Shown here: piece by piece, positions 50,276 to 63,431 of the stretch
Numbering within the stretch: position 1 is the stretch's first letter
Layout: each line of letters begins with the position of its first letter
Source of the DNA: Malacoraja senta
Lineage: Eukaryota
Direction of reading: 5' to 3'
DNA: 64,000 nt
NCBI GenBank assembly: GCA_038087875.1
Contig: CM075992.1
Span: forward strand, 4,590,001 to 4,654,000
The notes under the pieces: model-generated
What the model was told of the DNA's origin: nothing
Seen by the model: the letters and a program-made list of their open reading frames with translations, nothing else
The model's database searches: none
Program-made: the position numbers and the translations under genes

Positions 50276-51964
50276 CTGCATGAAAGAAAGCTAGAATTCA
50301 GAAGAGGCACCGCAATTATTTTTTGAAATGACTAACCCTCCAAGGTAATATTTCTCAAAACGTTCAATTTACTCCCAAAGCTGAAAAAGATGATAAAGTT
50401 AATTTCCTTCACAATTTATCCTGGTGTTTCGATAGAGTGAATCACATTCCCATTTAAAAAGTATGGTTTTGAATTGAGCAATATACCACGAAAAACCACA
50501 AATCATCTCAAATTTGAAGTGGAACCCTTATAAATTATGGTATCGTTACACTGAGCAAATTGCCATGCATTTTCTTAGAGATGGGGGATGTCATAGAGTC
50601 TTACAGCAGAGCACTTCCCAGCAAGTCCCAGCTTACACCCTCAAGAATCTTTACGATTGAAACGCAGACCTACTCCCAATTTTATCTACATTCTATCCAT
50701 ATTATTAGTACCAGCAACATGTTCCTCTCACTATCTTTTCCTCTCTGGCTTCTATCTCAATCAAAACATTCTATGTCAACCCTTGCTTCCTATTTTTTCT
50801 GCACACATAAACCTTCTATGACCTTGTGTCATTTCACTCTCCCTTATATTTCTGGTGGTTATGATCAAAGTTATGAAAGCACCCATGATGCAAGTTCCTT
50901 GTAGTGATGAATCAGCTGCCAATAGCAACTGTTTAATTATCGCTGCTTTCATATTTAAATACTACACTTTGCAAATAAATGGATGGACCAACTGACAAGG
51001 CATTATTTTCTTCCTGTGAACTACAGCATTGATATGTAGCAACTGCAAGAAGATCCGAAATTAAAAGAAAATGCCTGTCTCCATTTGCATCAGATACCAG
51101 CACAATTATTCATCCATTCCTTTTTCCTTGAAACATTATCACTGTGTCACTCTACTTCTATTTTTGTCCCTTTTCTTTTATTTTCTAAATCGCTGTTTTG
51201 TTTTATCTTTAAGTTTAGTTTAGTTTCCAAGGTTCAAACGTCAGTTTATTGTCATATGTATCAAGGTACATTGAAACTCGAATTACCATACAGCCATACT
51301 AAAAAAAAGCAACAAGACACACAACTACTTAAAAGTTAACATAAACATCCACCACAGATGATTCCCCACATTCCTCACTGTGATGGGAGGCAATAAAGTC
51401 CAATCTTCTTCCTCTTTATTCTCCCGCGGTCGGGGCAGTCGAACCATCCGCAGTTGGGGCGATTGAAGCGCCCGTGTCGGGGCGACTGAAGCTCCCGTGT
51501 CGGGGCGATTAAAGCTCCCATGATCGGGGCGATCGAAGCTCACGCTTCGGGGCAGTCGAAGCTTCCGTGATCGGGGCGATCAAAGCTCCCAAATTGGGAC
51601 GATTGAAGCTCCTGCGGCTTGGAGCTCCAGAAGTCGGTCACTAACCAGAGACCGCGAGCTCCACAATGTTAAAGTCCGTAGGCTCCTGTAGTTGGAGCTC
51701 CCGAAGTCGATCTCGAGCAGAGGCCGCTAGCTCCTCGATGTTAGGCCGCAGTGCGGATGGAGAAACAATACGGAAAAAAATTCCATCTCTGTCGAGGTAA
51801 GAGATTTTAAAAAGTTTCCCCCAACCCCTCCCCCCCACCCCCTCCACATAAAACAAGCTAAAGAACAGTAAAACATACATTTGACATACTAAAAAAACAA
51901 CAACGTAGTAAGGGACAGACAGACTGTTGGCGAGGCAGCCATTGCTGGCGCCACCCAGTGGTTT

Positions 51965-52508
51965 AAGTTTTGTTTAGAGAAACAGCGCAGAAACAATTCC
52001 TTTGGCCCACCGAGTCCGCAGCAACCAGTGATTCCCGCACATTAATGCTATCCTACCCACACTAGAGACAACTGACAATTATACCAAGTCAATTAACCAA
52101 TAAACCTGTACATCTTTGGAGTGGGGAGGAAACTGGAGATCCTGGAAAAATCCCACGCACGTCACAGGGAGAATGTCCGACATGCATTGCTGGGGGCTAC
52201 GTTCATCAGCAGCCTGCATGTGTGGAGCAGACTAGGAAACAGCGCAGCAGTCATTTTCGACTGTGCTGTCTGCCGCGCCCCTGGTGGATTGGTAGACCTC
52301 ACATCCCTCGACAACAGCACAGCGATCTGGCTACAGCGCCTGGAGGACGTTAAATAACCTCTGCTGCCTCAAACGCAAGAAGAAGACAGGGAGAATGTAC
52401 AAACTCTGTACAGACAAGCACCTGTAGTCAAGATCAAACCTAGGTCTCAAGATCGAACCTAGGTCGAACCAAGGCATCAACTCTACCGCTGCGCCACGGT
52501 GCCACCCT
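51965..52508 (-). mobile_element. tRNA-derived SINE interrupted by a short LINE insertion
   Basis: Head gggtggcaccgtggcgcagcggtagagttg on the minus strand; body continuous across 52177-52385. Confidence 0.7.
52177..52385 (+). mobile_element. Very short 5'-truncated LINE (I-group/Vingi-like), 13-bp TSD, (GAA)n tail
   Basis: acagggagaatgt at 52164-52176 and 52386-52398; degenerate Cys-rich end CMCGAD..VIFDC..AIWLQRLEDVK*; tail aagaagaag. Clade assignment tentative. Confidence 0.65.
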
Positions 52509-52891
52509 TAACTTTTCCTACTTGTGATGACAGATCGCCAGAGCTACTTTTCTCTTATTTATATTGACTGACCGAATAAGTATTTCAACCTCTGGAATAT
52601 TTATTTTTGCATATATTGAGCCTACATCTTATAAACCCTTTGCCCTGCGCTCTTGGATGGCACTGTGGATTTTCATAATTGATCATCAAATTTTCACACT
52701 CTCGATAAAATAAATTGGCAGAGACGATTTCCTGCCGTGTTTAGTACTTTGGTTGTTCCATTTCCAAATTCGCAATTTCCAGGTATGGAAGGAAAGAAAA
52801 AGGCAATTTTTGATCAAATTTGCATCTATTGGTGCCCCTTAAGGTATGTAGCTATTGATTTCAACATTTATATAACGCGTTAAAATCTTGC

Positions 52892-52977
52892 CTTTTTCTG
52901 GAGACACACTGACAGCTTGTATTTCCCAAGTAGTGATTGAATCTTTAAGATACTGCGTTATTTCACTTGATGCTTGG
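52892..52977 (-). CDS. C3: C3 exon 19-equivalent (86 nt): QASSEITQYLKDSITTWEIQAVSVSPEKG, GC donor
   Basis: cttaaacag|C acceptor; LKDSITTWEI motif; 3' boundary AAA G|gcaaga gives the phase 1 needed by the next exon. Confidence 0.9.
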
Positions 52978-53431
52978 CTGTTTAAGAAGAAAAAAAAGAC
53001 TATTAAACTCATTTTTCACATGCAGTCAGACTGTGGCTCTTTGCTGTGAACAACACGTTTGTTGTGAAAAGTTCAAATGAGAATTTACCAAATTTCATAT
53101 TTGAAAATATACCAAATAATAAAAAAATTCTGCGAATCACCAGATATAACTCTTTTCTATTTATACATTAACTCATAGAACTATACAGCATGAAAACAAG
53201 ACTTTCAGACCAACTCGTTCATACCAAGCTAGTCTTACTTGGCTGAGCCTAATGTATACCCTCCAAGCCTTTCCTGTTGTATGCATGCTCGTATCTTTTA
53301 ACTATCATAATTGTGCCTCACAACTAGATCTACTGTTGCCTGAGTAACTAGGAACCCAAAGACTACAGGTGTGGTACAGATAATTCTTGAAAAGTTGGCT
53401 AGTGATTTATTTTTAAGTGAAGAGTGTTAAA

Positions 53432-54040
53432 CCCCTGTCTCACGGTGCGAGTCCACCCACAAGTGATCCTGAGTGTAAAACAAATCAAACTCGTGGTAAT
53501 CACGTAGAATTAACGTAGTGGGAACGTCGGAACTTGTAACGCTAACGGCAGGTACTCGGGAAACTTGTTAACTCGTGAAAATCTTTCAACACGATGAAAG
53601 ATTTCCACGAGTCAAATTTACATTTTAAGTAAAATTTTTTAAAGTTTTAAACTCGTTGTAAGAATGTAGTAGCCCGTGAGTTTGCCGTAGTGATTCATGA
53701 GTCTACCGTGGGCACTCTTTAACTCACCGGACAGGCAGCATCTCTGGGTGACGGGATGACGTTTCCAAAATTCTGTGGTGTCTTTGTGTTACTCCAGCAC
53801 TGTGTATTCACTTTTTGTCAACCAGCATCTGCCCTTTCTTGTGTATGACATTATTTGTATCCGTGGCAGTTGATTGTCGCTGGATGATAAAAAATGAACA
53901 CACAGTGCTGGAGTAACACAAAGACGCAGCAGATATTTGGAAACGTCATCCCGTCACCCATTCCTTCTCTCCAGAGATGCTGCCTGTCCGGTGAGTTAAA
54001 GAGTGCCCACTCGTGGATGGACTCGCACCGTGAGACAGGG
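53432..54040. mobile_element. MITE-like element with ~30-bp TIRs and a nested internal inverted repeat
   Basis: ccctgtctcacggtgcgagtccacccac / gtggatggactcgcaccgtgagacaggg; inner arms about 53708-53810 and 53896-54010. Confidence 0.75.
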
Positions 54041-54269
54041 CCATTATTCAGTTGTTATTCCCTCTGCACTGCATTATTGTATGCACCTCGCTCATGATGT
54101 ACAACTGAACTCCAACATGCAAATAGGCCAAAATCTTGCAAAAGAAGCCGCACAGGGAGCAGCAAGGCATTGTGCAAACAGGTAATGGAGTGAATTGTGT
54201 GAAGAAATCCTAGCTGCAAGCAACCGTGGAACTCTTCGTGCAATGTATAATAGCATAAATCGAGCTATA

Positions 54270-55292
54270 GATGTAGCAAAGTGTGGAGTCATGCATTTTG
54301 GTTTTAGAAATAACAATGTCAACTATTTTCTGAATCGGGAGAGCATTCAGAAATCAGAGATGCAAAGGGACTTGGGAGTACTGTGCAGGATTCCCAAAAA
54401 GTACATTTGCAAGTTGAATTAGTAGTAAGGAAAGCAAATGCAATGTTAGCATTTATTTCAAGAAGACTAGAATATAAAAACAGGGATGTAATGCTGAGGC
54501 TTTATATGGCACTTATCAGACCACATTTGGAGTATTGTGAGGTGTTTTGGGCCCCATTTCTGAGGAAGGATATGTTGGCTTTGGTGAGGGTCCAGAGGAG
54601 ATTTATGAGAAAGATCCCGGGGATAATGGCTGAGCATATGATCAGCATTTGACTGCACTGGGCCTGTACGCACTGGGGTTTAGAAGGATAGGGGAGACCT
54701 AATTAAAACTTACCTAACAGTGAAAGGTCTGGATAGAATTAATGTGGAGAGGATGTGGCCACTGGTAGGAGAGTCTAAGACCAGAGGGCATAGCCTCAGA
54801 ATAAAATGACTTAAGGGCCTGTCCCACTTTCACGACCTAATGCATTACCTTTTTTACTCGTGGACATTTTTCATCAGGCTAGAAAAACCGCTGCAACGTA
54901 CTTGATGCCACGAGTACCTACGACTAGCATCACGACCTGCTACGACCTACCTGCGACCTTGTGACGACCATGCTGCAAGTATGAGTCAAGGGCAAACTCG
55001 GCAGAGGTCGTGAATTAGGTCGTGAAAGTGGGACAGGCCCTTTACCTTTTAGAAAGGAGATGAGGAGGCATTTCTTTAGTCAGAGGGTGATGAATCTGTG
55101 GAATTCATTGTCACAAACGGATGTGGAGGCTGTCAGCAATTATTTTTAAAGTAGAAATTGACTAATTTTTGATTAGTATGGGTGTTGAGCCTTATGGGTA
55201 AACGGTGGGAGAATGGGGTTGAGAGCGAAAAATAGATCAGATCATGATTGAATGGTGGAGTAGACTCAATGGGCCGAATGGCCTAATTCAGC
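54270..55292 (+). mobile_element. Decayed CR1 3' fragment, split by a MITE
   Basis: KANAMLAFISR.LEYKN..LIRPHLEYC; 3' tail gggccgaatggccta. Confidence 0.85.
54814..55041. mobile_element. PIF/Harbinger-type MITE, TTA TSD, ~28-bp TIR
   Basis: tta|agggcctgtcccactttcacgacctaat ... attaggtcgtgaaagtgggacaggccct|tta. Confidence 0.85.
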
Positions 55293-55299
55293 ATCTTTG

Positions 55300-56622
55300 C
55301 CTAAACGATTGCCGTCCAGTGGCTTTGACATCCACTATCATAAAATGTTTGAGAGGCAAGTTATGGAATGGATTAAATCTAGTTTATCAGCAGCCTTGAC
55401 CCACTGTAGTTTGCCTACCGCCACAACAGGTCCATGGACGATGCCATCGCCCCAGCCCTACAGTCATCCCCAGAACACCCGGATAAGAGACACCTAGGGC
55501 AGACTCCTATTCATAGACTTTAATGCCTTTATATGCCATTATACCATCCAAGCTTATCACCAATCTTGTGGGACAGTGTCAGCACTCATCTCTACAACTG
55601 GATCCTTGACCTCCTGACCAACAGACCCCAATCAATGAGGATAGGGGACAAGTCATCCTCTATGATAATCCTCAACAAAGGGGCTCTGCAAGGATGTGTT
55701 CTCAGCACCCTTCTTTACTCCTTATACACCCACGACTGTGGAGCCATGTACAAATCTAATTCAATTTTCAAATTCGCAGACGACACCAACATTGTGAGCC
55801 GGATATCAAATAATGATGAGATGGAGTATCGAAGGAAATCGAGAACCTTGTGACCTGGTGTCGAGAGAGACAACAGCCTTTCCCTCAATGTCAGCAAGAC
55901 AAAGGAGATGGTGATCAACTTCAGGAAGTGAAGCGGTACACATATGTAGTAGAGTTTGCATTGACGGTGCTGAAGTAGAGATGGTTGAAAACTTCAAATT
56001 CCTAGGAGTCAATATTACTAACAACTTCTCCTGGACCTCCCTTAGAAGGCATATTCCCTACAACTCACTAACCTCTACAGATGCACCATAGAAAGCATTT
56101 TATTGGGATGCATTACAGCTTGGTTTGGGAACAGCTAAATCCGAGACCGCTAGAAATTGCAGCGAATTGTGGACTCAATTGCAGACCATCACACAAACCA
56201 ACCTTCCTTCTATTGACTCCATTTATACCTCATGCTGCCCCGGCAAGGCCAGCAGCATAATCAAGGATGAGTCGCACCCTGGCCACTCCCTCTTCTCCCA
56301 TCAGGCAAAAGGTATAGAAAACACACACCTCCAGATTCATGGACAGTTTCTTCCCAGCTGTTTTCTTCCCAACTGGCAACGGAATCATCCTACCACAACC
56401 AGAGAGCAGTACCAACCTACTATGTACCTGCTTGCTGACCCTTAGACTATCCTTGATCGGACTTTGCTGGCTTTACCTTGCACTAAACGTTATTCCATTT
56501 TCATGTATCAATACACTGTAAATGGCTCGATTGTAATCATGTATTGTCTTTCTGCTGACTAGGTGGCATGCAACAAAAGCTTTTCACTGTACCTCGATAT
56601 ATGTGACAAACTAAACTAAACT
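55300..56622 (+). mobile_element. Decayed Rex1/Babar-like LINE RT fragment
   Basis: QGCVLS.LLYSLYTHDC, FKFADDT, KTKEMVINFRK, KASSIIKDESHPGHSLF; tail (aaact)n. Confidence 0.8.
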
Positions 56623-56945
56623 GCGATCCTCAAGCAGAAGCTCCTCCGCTGGCTTGGACATATACACAGGACGGAAAATGGACGCAAATCAAAAGATGTT
56701 CTATATGGGGAGGCCATCAATGCGCAGTGACCAAGATGACCAATGCCCAGTGACCAAGATGACCAATGCACAATGACCAAGAATGTGATTTAAAGAGATA
56801 TAAAAATGTTAACTTTGGCACTGACAACCGGGAAGTGGATCCAAATGGGGGAGGTGGAGAGAGGACCGCTAGAAAAGTAAGTAGCACAACAGCCACAGAA
56901 TGCTTCAGATGATACAAAAGTGGGTGGTTTTGCAGATAGTGAAGA

Positions 56946-58319
56946 CTAGACTAAGTGGGACCCGTTGGGTCCCATGTTCACATGGGAGGGCTGGTCCCCC
57001 AACGCAATATTCCACCTCTCCACCAATTCCAACATTGCTGGCCAGTTGGGGGGGGGGCTTTCTGGAGCGCTAGTATGGGTGTTGTGGGCCAAAGGGACTG
57101 GTTTCCAGAGGGCTAGTGTGGACATTGTGGGCCAAATGGATTCTTGGGCTGGCAGCTCAGTCACTCAGGCCTGGTGGGCTGGCAGCTCAGTCACTCAGGC
57201 CTGGTGGGCTGGCAGCTCAGAAACTGCCAGAAATTCTGCCCAAAACAGGTGAGAGACTCTGTGAGAGAGAAGGGGGACAGGGTGGAGAATCAATTTTAGA
57301 CATTTTTCATCTTTTTCTGCAGATCACAGCAATGAAGTCTATCCTGGCCTGGATCTCACAGGGAGCAAATGAACGGAGGGAGAAAAATACTGGAGTGAGG
57401 TTTAATACGTGCAGGGGGAATACTTACTGATGGGCCAAAGGGACTCTTGGGCTAGTACAGGCCTGATGGGCTGAAGGGGTTCTTTTAAAAAATCTCAGTA
57501 AAAGGCACTTTTTCTGGCCTGGCACGGGCCTTTTGGGCCAAATTGTTCCTCCTGGGCTAATACGGGCATTTTGGGCAAAAGGGACTGGATTCTCGGCTAC
57601 TAGGGGCCTAGTGGGCCGAAATTAGTGGTTTCAGGCAGGCCAAACAACTCACTTCATTCAATTTACAATTGCATTGCAGTTTCAAGCACACGGCAGGCCG
57701 AATAGCTCATTGCATTTTCACTTCATTTCCATTGCCATTGCAGTTTCAAGCACAGGGCAGGCCCCAGCCAAACAGCTCATTGCATTTTCACTTCATTTCC
57801 ATTGCCATTGCAGTTTCAAGCATAGGGCAGGCCCAAGCCAAACAGCTCATTGCATTTTCACTTCATTTCCATTGCCATTGCTGTTTCAAGCACAGGGCAG
57901 GCCAAATAACTCATTTCATTTTCATTAAGGGCAAACAAATCATTTATTCAAGTACATTGCATACTCACAGTGTTCTGTAGTTTCCCAGCTCAGACAGAGA
58001 GTCGTGACCTCTCCCTCACCACCTTACACTAACAGACTGAGCCACGCCCACACTTCCGGGTTTTATAGTCCCTCCCCCCACCCACCGGAAGGGGCTTGGC
58101 CTTCATGGCGGTGATTGACAGGAGAGCGAATCTCAAGATTTTTTAAACACTAATTAGTCTTTTATTTTTCATCGATGGGAAAAATCGGGGCCTGGGCAGC
58201 GGAGGAGGACTCTGAGTAAGATGGCCAAAAAATCACAGCCATATGTAGTAGAGTTTTTTCTAAAATCAAAGCACAGTGCAAACAGGAAGTGGCCAAGATG
58301 AGACTTTTAATTATATAGA
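56946..58319 (-). mobile_element. Non-autonomous Helitron with canonical termini, inserted in a CR1-like fragment
   Basis: Minus strand A|TCTATATAATTAAAAG ... GGGACCCAACGGGTCCC ACTTAGT CTAG|T; flanks rejoin as RT peptide DDTKVGGFADSED|GH. Confidence 0.92.
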
Positions 58320-59130
58320 TGGTCATGAAAAAATGGCAGGTGGGTTGAGGAATCGTTATTGGAATTTAACACAGAAATGTGAGGCATTGCATTTTGCAAG
58401 CATGAACATGGGCAGAAACTACACAGTGAACAGTTGGGCTCTGGGGAGTGTTGTAGAACAGAGGGATCTAAGAGTACAGATTCCTTGCAGGTGTAGTTGC
58501 AGGTAGATAGGGTGGTCAAAAAAGCTTTTGGCATATTGGCCTTCATCAGTCAAGTTGGGAAGGCATGTTGCAGTTATATAAAACTTTGGTGGCCACATTT
58601 TGGGTATTGTGTTCAGTTCTGGGCACCATGTTATAGGAAAGATGTAATGAAGCTGGGAAGGGTACAGAGAAGATTTATGAGGTTGTTGCCAGGACTATGG
58701 TGAGCTATAGGGTGGGCTTGAGTAGGCTGGGACTCTATTCCTTGGAGCACAGGAGGATGAGGGGTGATCTTATAGAGGTGAATAAAATCATGAGAGGAAT
58801 AGGTTGGGTAGATACACAGAGTCCCTTGCCCAGAGTCGGTGAATCGAGGGCCAGAGGACATAGGTTTAAGGCAAAGGGGAAAACATTTAATAGAAATCCG
58901 AGGAGTAACTTTTTCACACAAAGAGTGTATGGAACGAGCTGCCAGAGAACATAGTTGAGGGAGGGGCTATTGCAACATTTAAGAAATAATTAGACTGGTG
59001 CATGGATAGGACAGGCTTTGTGGGATATGGGCCAAAGGCAGCCAGGTGGGACCCGTGTAGCTGGGACATGTTGGTTGGTGTGAGCAAGTTGGGTCAAAGG
59101 GCCTGTTTCCACGCCGTATGAATCTATGAC
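58320..59130 (+). mobile_element. Decayed CR1-like 3' fragment (begins about 56905, left of the Helitron)
   Basis: QVDRVVKKAFGILAFI, PHFGYCVQFWAP, NFFTQRV. Confidence 0.8.
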
Positions 59131-60257
59131 ACGATTGATCAACGGCAACAGCAACACACTCCCCAATCCAATGTCCAGAGACAAACTTAACCTGTGGAAG
59201 CTATGGTAGCGTCTGCCTGTCAAGGATTGGCCTGGTCCGCCACAACAGAAAATGCAACCACGGATGAAATATTCCCCTCTCCAAACAGGACAACATCAAA
59301 ACTGCACCATCGTTTCTCACAAATGAACGGATGCTAACTCACTGGCTAGCAATTTATTTTTGTGTGAAGAAGTGTTATTCAATGTTTATTCCCTCTGCAC
59401 TGCATCATTGTATGCTAAAATCAGTTCATTTACAATTACGGAACTGTCTGAAGAAGAGTCCCGACCCAAATCTTCACCCATGCCTTTTCTATAGAGATGC
59501 TGTCTGACCCACCGACTTATTCCAGCACTTTGTGTCTATCATTTGAAACAATTGCCTGCTCAATAGGTTTTCATGATTCGCATTCCATAGCCTTGCATCC
59601 ACCGCTCAGTCCAGTGCTAGGTTAGATGTGTCCTAGGGAGGAGCATTCCACCTTCACCATCAGAAATCATTGGGCATCCTGCTCCAGACATTTATGTGTA
59701 AACAGGTACATTTGCCCTCATAGTACTATTATAAGAAGACAAAGCTTTTCAACGGCTTCTAAAGTGATTTCCTCAATCAATGTCAGATTGCTGTTTTTTA
59801 ACACAGGGAACAACAGATGCTTATGTACAAAACAATGCACAATGTGCTGGAGTAACTGAGCAGGTTAGGCAACATCTCTGGTGAACATACTGTAGATATG
59901 TGACATTTCAGATTGTTAGCCTTCTTTAGACATTTCTTCCCAACCCAAAATGTCACCCATCTATGTTCTCCAGAGATGCTGCCTGACCCGTTGAGTTACT
60001 CTAGCACTCTGTCTCTTTGTTGTCTCGCATCAGTGCATGTTGGACTTTGCAAGCGACAATATAGCTCCTTTTTTTTTCTAAATTACAAATTTAATTCTTT
60101 GAACAAAATATCAGTCAAATGATAATATTGAAAAAATCTTAATTGCATGTACATGTTGCAGCACCCTGCGTGAATTTTGCACCTAAAAAAAATTAATTGA
60201 ACCGTGTCGTACAGACAACAACGTTCATTGAATTCTGTAAGATTTCACGATAGGTAC

Positions 60258-60366
60258 CCTTTACTGTCCTGCCCATTTGGAAGTTTTTCCAACACCCAGA
60301 GCCAGCTTTCCTCGAACTGAGACCTCACTGTTATATCCTCATAACGAGTGTATTCGTCATCAGTAC
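60258..60366 (-). CDS. C3: C3 exon 18-equivalent (109 nt): STDDEYTRYEDITVRSQFEESWLWVLEKLPNGQDSKG
   Basis: cctttag|GT acceptor and GG|gtacct donor; matches the C3 RSxFxESWLW motif; phases fit both neighbours. Confidence 0.92.
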
Positions 60367-61995
60367 CTAAAGGAAAAGATTAAATTATGCATTTAGATAT
60401 TATTTACCATTAGAGATAAAGAATTAAACACTAAAAGCAATGAACTGACATTTGCTGCTCAGACTGGGAACATAATGCATCAAAATACACAATTGCTGAA
60501 GCCAATGTAATATTTACCAGGTTCATAAGCAATGTCTATGTTTCCGTAGTAGGGTGAAATGTAACATGTGCATTTTCTTAATAGATCAGCAAAAACAAAA
60601 TTATGAATTTCTGGCACTTCAGCATACCAGCCAAACACATATTTGTGTTTTCAGAATAAATTATACCCTTGCATCCCACAACTTCTTTCCAAGCACTAGC
60701 AAACTCCACACCACAAGATCAGCAACAATGCTATCTAAATGCCCCTAGAACTCTGCAGCAATGGCCTAGAGTGGAACAGCATTTTCAACAAAACTAACAA
60801 AACTGTGTTTTTAACAAAACTACCAAATTTACCATAGCTGAGAAAATCTATGATCAATTTGTTAACTCTGTCTAAAATGCTTAACCATCTTCCTGTCATC
60901 ATAGAAGTCCTGTCCATTTTAATGATGATTAATATGATCTAATGGTCGTAGTTATGAATACTCTCGCTCACCTCTTCCTGGACCTCAGATAGACACAAAA
61001 TGCTAGCGTAACTCAGCGGGACAGGCAGCATCTCTGGAGAGAAGGAATGGGTGACGTTTCGGGTCGAGACCCATCTTCGGACTTTTGGAAGAAATTCAGA
61101 ATTAACCCATCTTCCCAGGCCTTTTTTAAAAATAAACTCCTGACTTCCATTCAGAACCCTTTCTGATCCCTGAGATTTCCTCTTGGAATGGAGAAGTCAA
61201 TTCAACTTTTAAATTTTGTTCTAATTTGGAAACATCTTCCCTTCATTCCTCCCTTTCCTGGAGGAACAAAAATTAAACTGGGAGAAGCAATGAAAGATCC
61301 ATTTCACTCTGCATGAGCCAGGAAAACACAGGGACAGCCAGAGCAAATTGGCACACATTTGTTCAATTCTAAATTACAAACAGCGCATGGGAGAAAATGT
61401 AAAAACAGTACCAGCTGAGAGAAAAGGCTGGACTGGCGAGGACAAACTTCTTCAGTAAGGTGTATTGGGATAAACTAATTCATGCCTTGTAATTAAAATT
61501 GGTTGGAATTCTGGTGACCAGAAACCTGATAGATTTTGTGAAAAACTATTTCAGTCACTAGAATCCTTCTGGGGGAGAAATGTGTCATCCTTGCCTGATC
61601 TGATATTTCTTAATCACAGATCCTCAGCTGTACATCTGACTAAACTGAAAGGTCTACAACATTTTGAGATATAAATATATGCCATGCCACAATACACACA
61701 TCCAGTAAAATAATTCAAAGGAAATTATGAAGGAACATGTCTGACAGCTCCAGAGAAGAGCCATTAACTCGCAAAGTTTGATCGGGAGAGTCTGGTTGGT
61801 AGGTAAGATGGTAGCTGGCAAAAGGCTTTCAAATTTAAGATAGCAAGATGTTCAGAGGCTGCATGTTCTGTTAGGGTGAGAGGCGAGCTTGGCAAGTTTA
61901 GAAAAAGATGAGAAATGTTGAGGCTCTGATCAAGAAAAAGGAGGCATACATCAGATTCAGATAGTTGGGATCAAGCAAATCCCACTGTGAGTATA

Positions 61996-63431
61996 CAGTG
62001 GCTTGCAAACGTATTCATACCCCTTGAACTTTTCCACATTTTGTCACGTTACAACCACAAACGTAAATGTATTTTATTGGGATTTTATGTGATAGACCAA
62101 CACAAAGTGGTGCATAATTGTGAAGTGGAACGAAAATGATACATGGTTTTCAAATGTTTTTACAAATAATAAACTGAAAAGTGTGGCGTGCAAAAGTATT
62201 CAGCCCCCTTTACTCTGATACCCCTAAATAAAATCCAGTGCAACCAATTGCCTTCAGAAGTCACCTAATTAGTAAATAGAGTCCACTTGTGTGTAATCTA
62301 ATCTCAGTATAAATCCATCATCCGAAAATGGAAAGAGTATGGCACAACTGCAAACCTACCAAGACATGGCCGTCCACCTAAACTGACAGGTCGGGCAAGG
62401 AGAGCATTGATCAGAGAAGCAGCCAAGAGGCCCATGGTAACTCTGGAGGAGCTGCAGAGATCCACAGCTCAAGTGGGAGAATCTGTCCACAGGACAACTA
62501 TTAGTCATGCACTCCACAAATCGGGCCTTTATGGAAGAGTGGCAAGAAGAAAGCAATTGTTGAAAAAAAGCCATAAGAAGTCCCGTTTGCAGTTTGCCAC
62601 AAGCCATGTGGGGGACACAGCAAACATGTGGAGGAAGGTGCTCTGGTCAAATGAGACCAAAATTGAAGTTTTTGGCCTAAATGCAAAACGCTATGTGTGG
62701 CGGAAAACTAACACTGCACATCACCCTGAACACACCATCCCCACTGTGAAACGTGGTGGCAGCATCATGCTGTGGGGATGCTTTTCTTCAGCAGGGACAG
62801 GGAAGCTGGTCAGAGTTGATGGGAAGATGGATGGAGCCAAATACAGGGCAATCTTGGAAGAAAACCTGTCAGAGTCTGCAAAAGACTTGAGACTGGGGCG
62901 GAGGTTCACCTTCCAGCAGGACAACGACCCTAAACATACAGCCAGAGCTACAATGGAATGGTTTAGATCAAAGCATATTCATGTGTTAGAATGGCCCAGT
63001 CAAAGTCCAGACCTAAATCCAATTGAGAATCTCTGGCAAGACTTGAAAATTGTTGTTCACAGACGCTCTCCATCCAATCTGACTGAGCTTGAGCTATTTT
63101 GCAAAGAAGAATGGGCAAAAATTTCAGTCTCTAGATGTGCAAAGCTGGTAGAGACATACCCCAAAAGACTTGCAGCTGTAATTGCAGCGAAAGGTGGTTC
63201 TACAAAGTATTGACTCAGGGGGGCTGAATACTTTTGCACGCCACACTTTTCAGTTTTTTATTTGTAAAAAAATTTGAAAACCATGTATCATTTTCCTTCC
63301 ACTTCACAATTATGCACCACTTTGTGTTGGTCTATCACATAAAATCCCAATAAAATACATTTACGTTTGTGGTTGTAACGTGACAAAATGTGGAAAAGTT
63401 CAAGGGGTATGAAAACTTTTGCAAGTCACTG
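61996..63431 (+). mobile_element. Tc1/mariner transposon with ~213-bp TIRs, TA TSD and an internal 5' deletion
   Basis: ta|cagtggcttgcaaacgtattcatacccc ... ggggtatgaaaacttttgcaagtcactg|ta; long, near-identical TIRs with an internal direct repeat. Confidence 0.95.
62315..63213 (+). pseudogene. Tc1 transposase, N-terminally deleted, first catalytic Asp changed to Asn
   Basis: GRPPK AT-hook, WSNETK (consensus WSDETK), FQQDNDPKH, SPDLNPIENLW; no upstream start after the deletion. Confidence 0.88.

Noticed and set aside
51430..51620. ~21-bp repeats (gggcgattgaagctcccgtgtc) as a regulatory array
   Set aside because: Degenerate internal repeats of an interspersed element (about 51225-51960) that I cannot classify; no sign of a separate function.
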